From Methanobacteriota archaeon (GTDB lineage: Archaea; Thermoplasmatota; SW-10-69-26; JACQPN01): a DNA stretch of 64,000 bases. Shown here piece by piece: positions 11,101 to 16,900 of this stretch. The notes beneath the pieces were generated by a model. That model was not told the origin of the DNA and ran no database searches. It worked only from the letters and a program-made list of their open reading frames with translations. Within the stretch, counting starts at the first letter, position 1. Every line of letters begins with the position of its first letter. The DNA lies in assembly GCA_016207515.1 (NCBI GenBank), contig JACQPN010000012.1, positions 31,759-95,758 of the forward strand. The letters are read 5' to 3'. The translations under genes and the position numbers were made by a program.

Positions 11101-11925
11101 CGGCCACCGATCGCATCGCTCATCGGGCCGTCGATACTTCGCTTGGGGCAGGTCGGAACATTCACGAGCACTTCCACGGACCCCGACGGCCAATTGGCGG
11201 GCGAGGACTGGAGCTTCGACGACGGGGCCACGGCCGCGGGCAAGACGGTGACGCATGCATTCGCGACCGAGGCTTCACACTACTACACTTTGACCGTGAC
11301 CGACCCCGAAGGCGCGTCCGCTTCCATCACGAGGAGCGTGATCGTCGACGGCACGGCACCGGTCACGACCGCAGCGGCCACGGGGACGCGATCCCCGTCC
11401 GGTTGGTACACGTCAAGCGTTTCCGTGACGCTCCTCGCCTCCGACTCCGGCGGTTCTGGTCTCCTGGCGACCTACTACCGGTGGAACGGCGGGAACCGCA
11501 TCGGCTACAATCCGTCGACCGGCATCAACGTCCCGACCGACGGGACGACGTCGATCGCGTTCTGGTCCGAGGACCGCGCCGGGAACGCGGAGTCGTCAGG
11601 CCTCATGACCATCCGGATCGACAGGACGGCGCCGGTCGCGTCAATCACATCGCCTTCGACGTTGGCCGGTACTGACGTCGGAATCGTGGAGCCGGGCCCG
11701 GTGAACTTCACGGCCGACGTAAGCGATGGCACGGGATCGGGCGTAGCGCAAGTGAAGTTCTACGTGGATGGGGTGCTCGTCAAGGTGCAGACCGGAAGCG
11801 GGCCTTACTATCACCTTTGGGACGCTTCGACGGCAACGCCCGGTCGGCACGTCTTGGAGGTGCGGGCCATCGACGCCGTGGGCTTCGCAAGGTCGGAATC
11901 GGTGAGCGTCATCAGGAGACCATAG
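5158..11925 (+). CDS. giant secreted multidomain surface protein, 2255 aa
   Basis: GAGGGAG Shine-Dalgarno before the ATG; signal peptide MRRRAGGSKARAFSTIIAVALLATPGSTAFF. Domains in order: N-terminal FEENLGQVD...YDFVLRPGADADQIRL domain; SBBP-type repeats (GGTGDDVAEAVAIGSDGSTYFAGWTWSSDFPTT and similar); Kelch-like blades (YIFGG...RYDPxTDT); beta-helix starts (IQDAINNSRPGDTIYIAPGTYLE); two PKD domains (WDFSDGSTAAGSTVSHTF); a cadherin-like Ig domain (SDPDGDSLTF); and the conserved C-terminal module. Confidence 0.9.
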   Translation: MRRRAGGSKARAFSTIIAVALLATPGSTAFFPGEASAAPAEGHEAEGSETAFPSAVENVPPVVSDLLGRVGLPKAPFASPGGPPTPVTEQSFVPPTPDPVGFEENLGQVDPRVRFTLRDGGSMLYLLDDSFVLRLIDVSKRDENGAPAESTMSVVSFTMEGVAPGLRPAASASLPMTGNHFIGSDPHGWVSGAAHYERVTYASVYEGIDLVFRSTAAGPEYDFVLRPGADADQIRLRIDGTDGILIDPMGELVVKTGAGEIRHAKPSVYQVSDAGRVDVPGSFFMISEDTVGFQTLWKDAAAELVIDPLVYSTFYGGTGDDVAEAVAIGSDGSTYFAGWTWSSDFPTTTGSYSASKPTDIYGCGCQYVFFITKFNAAATSVEFATYVGDSVGLDPTHVGMALDGADRVYVTGATYGPDYPLVNPVENPPSGIDRVRAVVSKLSADGSTLLFSTTIGEGSSSKGHALVVADDGTIWVAGDAREGFPTTPDAIDSAYAGAGYDQGDAVLARLDPAGSIVYATYLGGLSDDEINTLSVSPDGRITVAGDTRSATFPTTAGAFMERGPSLPRVSAEAASATIGDHTYIFGGLECLGNGFSYCDDVVRFGAADLSAEVMTARFPTGFSLAAGASDRTYGYAIGGFDVVSCGEGCYTGAWSGAIRRYDPTADAVAIMGASVEPRAGAAAVGLGDYVYIFGGTYDYFYPTRSDILRYDPATDTVETMGATLPSPNGWEGWGDGPAATDGSSIYLFAGQRPGSMLDTIMRYDPSTDSLTTMTAAFPAPLARASALWTGTAFYIFGGVTECEGCYLTPVDTVYRYDPLTDTLTTVAGTLPTTLYSASATWDGTNAYLLGGFAGWQLSFGVLRFDPVFGATSGLTNGGGRDAFVAEIAGNGTSLAWSTLLGGDTDDALNAMAFDGNGQILVAGSTYSLDFPTQFAFDSTRAGSGEVPSQDAFLSRLSSTGNALLYSTFLGGEEDDAANAVGIDGFGNMYVAGKTHSGDFPVTANAEQGTFASYYFYNSDAFLSELDPLGASLVYSSFLGGRETDVANAMAMDEFGNLILVGTTGSSDFPVANAIQPENAGGSGMDAFVTKIPFLGGGVGNGNNGNNFPTIQDAINNSRPGDTIYIAPGTYLEALTVDKNRWGEDLTDLFLCGATEAGVRGCGGFSNEGPKVIVDATGISDTVIDVSAGGFTSLTVRYQHLGPAEGDEVVGARFNDVYYPQFNTNWIVVQGGGCTQAQVAAGQCDQAGGARVYGVKGRTLGGFLAYNTVSADVPLADGSIGGTSGFKGWFYYTGLRGNTVKGWTTAAFEVTDVVNIIEDGVVDTNSVGVLLCGTTYSVIVNNDFKNNGAALSYCATNVSVPNYIHFNKFETSNAIGASVPDGVEGQVIDLRANDWQIYRHTGIGPRVADSGTGNTVKYVPFMLVDGSIEPPLVVVSPYPHWSCDYSWAEVIIVYDNYWDYHCAFTSIDGALQFAQSGDTMIAPGSIYPTSPTPRLENVTIESNAPFFEESSRLDGVRICSSTRDNNTACNPSAGINVVDSSGSGKPAFTVGEVEGVLIDGFTFTGASPVFSSEGSTAMEVRDSTFAVSASATQARHGAILRDTTDAVLRFNRVLGNMYPGSIGIGAYDSVDPTVSLNNIDQSGTGVYFSGVVGGEARGNVIRVAPASQFGGQSLGVSFFTGTGQAARYNTFEGTGIGLTVKGATEVYAHSNTWNAVPTGIRLSASWAPIDAAQPDGILLRYNRLDGAATKLLIEPGVAGLAVDARYNHWGAYSRDTIEATIEDAGTGDSVDVSCFYDLDGTHTVCPPTPSFDVSPATGHWRTAFTFTDTSTPGGRAIDSWDWDFSDGSTAAGSTVSHTFARSGVLQATLTIEDAEGYVESTTRDVTVTNAAPVLQPVGAKTIAEASELRFYVQGSDPDGDSLTFVASDLPAGASLSNLPDGRGLFAWTPSFSQAGVHRVTLGVTDGDLTGSEAVDITVGNVDRPPIASLIGPSILRLGQVGTFTSTSTDPDGQLAGEDWSFDDGATAAGKTVTHAFATEASHYYTLTVTDPEGASASITRSVIVDGTAPVTTAAATGTRSPSGWYTSSVSVTLLASDSGGSGLLATYYRWNGGNRIGYNPSTGINVPTDGTTSIAFWSEDRAGNAESSGLMTIRIDRTAPVASITSPSTLAGTDVGIVEPGPVNFTADVSDGTGSGVAQVKFYVDGVLVKVQTGSGPYYHLWDASTATPGRHVLEVRAIDAVGFARSESVSVIRRP
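6880..7760 (+). other. Kelch-type propeller inserted inside the SBBP repeat array (domain of the 2255-aa protein)
   Basis: Repeated blades: DHTYIFGG, GDYVYIFGGTYDY...ILRYDPATDTVETMGATLP, SSIYLFAGQ...IMRYDPSTDSLTTM, TAFYIFGG...VYRYDPLTDTLTTV, TNAYLLGG. SBBP units lie on both sides. Confidence 0.6.
11350..11922 (+). other. conserved C-terminal module, copy A (end of the 2255-aa protein)
   Basis: GWYTSSVSVTLLASDSGGSGLLATYYRWNGGNRIGYNPSTGINVP...RIDRTAPVASITSP...VNFTADVSDGTGSGVAQVKFYVDGVLVKV...GRHVLEVRAIDAVG. Collinear with 32460-33034, and shares an identical 21-nt run (11499-11519 = 32612-32632). Confidence 0.7.
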
Positions 11926-11931
11926 ACTCTC

Positions 11932-12287
11932 CTCACGACCGCGCCGGAAACCTCGAGACGCAACGCACGACGAGTTTCACCATCGACGTCTCGCCGCCCA
12001 TTGTGGAGATCACGAACCCGACGGACCTACTCGACACCGGCATCGCGCTACAGGTCGGCGGCGAGGTGGTGGAATTCACCGCGACGGCAAGCGACGCGGG
12101 AAGCGGTATCGCGGCCGTGAAGTTCTACGTGGACGGGGTAATCGTGAAAATCGACACGTCAGGGGGCCCGTACTCCTACGCGTGGGATAGTTCGACCGCC
12201 TCGACGGGACGGCACGTCCTCTCGGTCAAGGCGATAGACGGGGTCGGGAGGATCCCGGAGGAATCGATCGACGTCGTGAAGATTTGA
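11932..12287 (+). pseudogene. orphan partial copy of the giants' C-terminal module, with no start codon or signal peptide
   Basis: Begins immediately after the TAG of the 2255-aa gene, in a different frame. Translation DRAGNLETQRTTSFTIDVSPPIVEITNPTD...VEFTATASDAGSGIAAVKFYVDGVIVKIDTSGGPYSYAWDSSTASTGRHVLSVKAIDGVG...VVKI parallels the last ~115 aa of both giant proteins. Confidence 0.6.
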
Positions 12288-12379
12288 CCACCACGGGATG
12301 GGTAAAGCCCATTTCTCGCGACGGCCAGCCGACGTCATAATTCGTGCCATCAAGTTATCCCATCACCGCGGCCACGTGG

Positions 12380-12660
12380 CCCGGCCATAGGGGCGGTCGG
12401 ACAAGCGCTGACCACCAACGTGGGCCAAAAAACACGGCAAGCTTCGCGAGTTTGGCAAGTCGATTATCGCGTACGTCGAAGCAACGGTTTCAACACCAGC
12501 GTGAAGCAGTAATACACCCCAAGTGGAAGCGGCGTGAGTCGTCACGTGATTGGCGTCGGTGTCGCGAACCAATCGATGAATGGGGCACGCCTTGGAACGC
12601 CGGCCGGGCCCAACGGCATGATGCTCGCCAAACCCGATTTCCTAGGGGCGCTTCCGGATG
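12380..12660 (+). pseudogene. decayed fragment of the pseudo-subtilase core of the ~1900-aa glycoprotein family
   Basis: Collinear nucleotide similarity to about 15395-15630. The core 12555-12643 matches 15529-15617 with 2 mismatches in 89 nt. An in-frame TAA at 12510 sits where the intact gene has TAC (Tyr). The fragment translates as ...SRHVIGVGVANQSMNGARLGTPAGPNGMMLAKPDFL.... Confidence 0.65.
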
Positions 12661-12696
12661 ATGGCGCGGGTCAAGAATCCCAATGCGCTTGAGAAT

Positions 12697-13845
12697 CTAC
12701 GGGCCCGCGGTCGGGCTGGCCGAGGTAAGCCAGGGGCTAAACGAGGGGGCTTGAGCTCCAGCCAGGCATTTCGTTACCGCGTCACCGCTTCCGCTTCCAA
12801 GGCCGCTTGGGCCCGACGAGTCTCCCCACCAGTTGTTCGTCCAGTTCAGGACGTTGGAAGAGCACGTTCTTAGTCCGTAGTTCGAGTTTCCGAAGATGTT
12901 GTTCCCGGAATAGGAATAGGTGCTGGTTCCACCACCGATATCGATGCCGCCGCCGGAATTGTAGGAGACGATGTTATCATCCACATGGGCGCCGCTCGAC
13001 CCAGTGTAAATGCCGACTCCGGTGTTGTTCGTGACGAGGTTGTGGCTGATGGTGACGTTGGTGTAGGAGCCCAAGAAAACGATGCCGCGAGCCGCGGCGG
13101 CCGTGACGGTATTCCCGTCAGCTACGACATTCGAACAGGCCAACACAATCCCGGAGTGACTCGAAGTGGTGACGCTATTGGCAGAAACATTCGTCCCGCC
13201 GCACGCCGCCACACTCACGCCGCTATAGCAACCTGAGACGGAATTGCTGCCGACCATTGAACCGCTGCTCGTCCCACTTATCAGAATACCAATGGACCCC
13301 ACCGAGCCAGCCGCACACTCCACCGTGTTCCCACTCACGCTCACCCCAGCGCTGTCGTGCACGAAGATGCCGTCACCAGATTGCACGCCGACCAAGTAAC
13401 TTCCCGCGGGCCCGATGGTGTTAGACTCGATTCGGACGTTCGCCGAGTCCTCCACGTAAATCTCCGCAAGTTTGTGGTGGCTGACGACGTTGTTCCGAAT
13501 AACGACGTAGGCCGTAGTTTGGATTATGGTGATGCCGCCGCACACGTCCTCGAAGGTTGAGCACTCTGGTGAGAGCGCCCCGTCAATGCTCCAACCCTCG
13601 ATCACGTAGGGGTTGGCCGCCGTACCGCATCCACCCACGACGCCGTTCGCCGCGTTTGGAACGCAAGAGACGCCCAGGCCCGCGTTTCCGATTATCAGTA
13701 TCGCTGGCCGTGAGATGGGGGCTGCGGCGGCGAGTCCTGGCAAAAAAATACTGACGAGCAAGACAAATGTGCATAACGTCACTCCGAAGCTCGAAAGCCT
13801 CCCGCCAGTCACGTCCTGAAAGTAGCCGTGGGAGTATTTCAACAT
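12697..13845 (-). CDS. secreted NosD-like right-handed parallel beta-helix protein (copy 1), 382 aa
   Basis: ORF track gives 12697..13896. I prefer the ATG at 13845 (MLKY...), which matches the MLKG... start of the paralog and leaves about 100 bp for divergent promoters. Hydrophobic signal/anchor VTLCTFVLLVSIFLPGLAAAAP. Repetitive beta-helix turns (NTIGPAG, SGNTVECAAG, SANSVTTSS, DGNTVTAAAA, ISHNLVTNNTGVGIY, DDNIVSYNSGGGI, SGNNIFGNSNYG). Terminal NWWGDSSGPSG...GDAV...SPWL motif. Confidence 0.8.
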   Translation of the reverse strand: MLKYSHGYFQDVTGGRLSSFGVTLCTFVLLVSIFLPGLAAAAPISRPAILIIGNAGLGVSCVPNAANGVVGGCGTAANPYVIEGWSIDGALSPECSTFEDVCGGITIIQTTAYVVIRNNVVSHHKLAEIYVEDSANVRIESNTIGPAGSYLVGVQSGDGIFVHDSAGVSVSGNTVECAAGSVGSIGILISGTSSGSMVGSNSVSGCYSGVSVAACGGTNVSANSVTTSSHSGIVLACSNVVADGNTVTAAAARGIVFLGSYTNVTISHNLVTNNTGVGIYTGSSGAHVDDNIVSYNSGGGIDIGGGTSTYSYSGNNIFGNSNYGLRTCSSNVLNWTNNWWGDSSGPSGLGSGSGDAVTKCLAGAQAPSFSPWLTSASPTAGP

Positions 13846-13900
13846 TCTCCGAATCGCCTGTTTGCTATCGCGCTCCAAGACTTCGCCGAAAAGCACAAAC

Positions 13901-13907
13901 TTTATAA
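13901..13907 (+). promoter_or_regulatory. TATA box candidate (tttataa) in the divergent intergenic region
   Basis: A-rich BRE-like sequence aagcacaaac lies immediately upstream. The box is 38 nt upstream of the ATG at 13945. The element is nearly palindromic (reverse complement ttataaa), so it could also serve the minus-strand gene about 55 nt away. Confidence 0.4.
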
Positions 13908-13927
13908 GCGCGCGCGCGCGCGTGTAT
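13908..13927. repeat. alternating purine-pyrimidine tract, (GC)7 followed by GTGTAT
   Basis: Read directly as gcgcgcgcgcgcgcgtgtat. It lies between the TATA candidate and the glycoprotein start codon. Confidence 0.9.
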
Positions 13928-13944
13928 TTGTTGGGGGCAAGAAA

Positions 13945-16900
13945 ATGGGGCGGGCTAAGCCTAGAGCAATAATAATTACGTTCATCATTCTATTTTCTGG
14001 ATTTTCCTTTCCTCTTGATGTTGAGCCGCTACAGTTAGCTCCGGTAGCAAGCGCGGGGCACGGTGGTCCCCATCCCGAACTGAAGCAAGTCGTCACGGAC
14101 CCACCCAATCCGAATTCCACGACTGACGTGTACCTGAAGGCGGAGTGCTCAAATTGCAGCGAAATCAGTCTTGAATGGTTCGTCGACGGCGTGAAGTCAG
14201 ACGATGCCCAAATCTCATTTGAGAGCATCCCTCCGGACGGGGTTTTCAATTTCAAGTATTCACTGATTCCGGCGAGCCAGCTCAAGTACGGTGCGAACGT
14301 CACTTGGACGGCGAACGCCACATTGACCGCTCTCCTGACCGATTCCAAATCGGGGTACTTCGTCGTCGGCAACAGCCACCCGGTCGCGACCGTTCACCCG
14401 CTGCTTAAGTCTCAAGGATTCTCCGTCAATCGATTTCAATCGCTTGATTTGGAGACATTCTACAATAGGGAGTACCGCGACGGTAATTGGACCTATTGGC
14501 AGGACACCGTGAAAGTGCAGGACAAGGAGCAGGACGACAATGAGTCGTTCGCGATCCAGCAGAATCTCTCGTACAATTGGGATTTCAAGGAGGGAAACTT
14601 CAGCGCGTTCTCGAACTCGTCACGGGCCAGTCACGAGTGGCGGGACCTAGGGGATTATCAGGTCCGCGTCACCGTGAAGGATTGGAGCAAGGCGACTGGC
14701 GCGCAATTGAATTCCACCACGGCCGATATTCCGGTCCATGTTCGAAACCAGCCGCCTTCCCTAACATTTCTTGAAGCCCGTGAGATGCCCGCGATGGATT
14801 CGGACACATCTACGATCGCGGACGACGATGTCGACACGACCGACGTCCTGCGCGTGAAGGTCCATTGGTCGGATGGGGACGCTGCGACTGGCGCGGATCA
14901 AGTGTTTCTTGATTTCTACGATGTAAGCGCCACCGCCGCCGCACTGAACGCTACACGAGAGGTGAACGCGACGGGTGTTGGAGCGAACGTGTCGGTCGTT
15001 GAATTACCACTGGTGGATTTCAAGGCGTCGAGGCTTCGCGTGTGCATCCGCGACAGGGTCACCACATTGCCCGTCAACGGAGCCATCCCGTTGCAAGCTG
15101 GACGCAACCTCACGCTAGCGGGGAAGATCTGCCTCACCACAGAGATCCTTCAGAAATTCAACCCCCTTGACCTACGCGGGATCGACGTCGTCCACTTCGT
15201 GTCGGGCGATGCGCCGTTTTCCACCACGGGCAACGTCACTGATATTTGGACGAAGGTGCCGTTGGATGTCTCCACGCCGCACGAGCGGAACGAGACCATC
15301 CGGTTCTTCAATGAGAATCTCACGAAACTCATGAATGGTCGACCGCCTCGGGTACTGGCGATTGAAAGCCTCGGATACCCGTTGACCGACGAGGTGAACG
15401 CGAAGCTCGGTCTCCTGCGCGATTTGGGCACGTTGATAATCGCGCCCGTCGAAGCGAACGATTTCAGCACAACGGTGACGCAGTACTACACGGCGGGCGG
15501 AATCGGCATCAGCCGCCACGTCATCGGGGTCGGTGTCGCGAACCAGTCGATGAACGGGGCACGCCTTGGAACGCCGGCCGGGCCCAACGGCATGATGCTC
15601 GCCAAACCCGATTTCCTCGTCGCGCTTCCTGATAACATGGCTATGGCGCAAGCTCAAGTGCAGGCCGTGCGGAACGTCACGGATTTGGCCGCGATCCTCA
15701 TGCTCAAGGGGATTACAGACCCGTTCATCATCGAAGAATACCTTCGGACCATCGCCGTGCCGTCGTGGAACGGCGTCGACGCTATCGACAATGCGTGGCG
15801 CCAGGGTTATGGAATCCTTAACACGACGAACATCCTCGGCTTCGTCTCCAACGCGACTTTCAGCCCGCAAAACCTCAGCAAGGATCACAATCTCTCCGTT
15901 TGGGGAAATTCCTCGAAGCTCAACCACATCGTCGACCTTGCACCGGTCCTTCTCAATCCCTCCGCCGACTTCGGGGTCACGACGCGAGAGAACGCCACGA
16001 CGGCGCACTTGAAGCTCGTGAACCCGTCCATGGTGTTGCCAAGTCTCGGAGATCAACTCTTGGGGTCTCCGCGCGCCCTGCTCGACAAAGGTTTGCTGCC
16101 CAACACCGTCTTCGCCTCGGAGAAGAAGGTTCGCATCAACGTCACGTTCTACCACTTCCCCGAAACCCTGTTGAACAATGCGAGCGAGGCGATGCGCGGC
16201 CTCGGCCACGAATCCGCCGTTTGGAGCCTCATGGGAAGCAACACGACGGACCCGAACCTGACCGTGAACACGACCTCGGACATCCTTTCAGACTTGAATT
16301 CGAGCCGCGGAAGCCTGGACCACCCTTTGAAGCCGTATTATTTCATCCCCGAGACGACCGCGACGGTCGGCGGTGACTTCGCGGTCACCCGGATTTCTCC
16401 CTATGTCGAACCGCTCCTGGAAGCGGCCGACATCGCCTTGGACCGGACCAAGTACCTCGGGTTCTCGTCGGAATCGCCGTTGAACGCCTCGACGCGTTTC
16501 GCCATCCAGCAGCACCGGCTTGGTCTCGTCGCGCTTCGCGCTAATCTCACGAACGTCGGGGACTTGGATCGCGTCACCGGAAACGTGAGCCTCCTAAAGG
16601 TCAAGCTCACGAATCTCGTGGCGATAGTCCCTTCGGACCCCGTGTTGAAGCCCTTGAATGACACGGTGAGGAATTACACGGAGCAATTGGCGTTGTTCGC
16701 GAGTCGGACCGTGGGCGCCGTCACATCACTGGGGGACGAGACGTTTGTGGATCTCACGACGGAGGCCGAAAAGACCACGCAAGCACCCTACGGTCACTAT
16801 TTCGGCGTCGTCCGCGTCATCGCGGAGGACATCTGCAACAACTCCACCGCGACGGGACAGGATCAGACCTGCAAAACGATCATCAAAACGGCGCCGACTG

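Noticed and set aside
11923-12000. Possible stop-codon read-through (TAG as a sense codon) linking the 2255-aa ORF to the downstream module copy
   Set aside because: In-frame translation past the TAG gives unrelated Arg/Thr-rich sequence and hits a stop. The module copy is in a different frame, so simple read-through cannot join them.
15172-16209. 345-aa minus-strand ORF, and similar ones (51361..52167, 48706..49218), inside the ~1900-aa genes
   Set aside because: They are antisense to well-supported paralogous coding sequence. Their composition is Arg/His/Asp-rich and low in complexity, and they have no start context.
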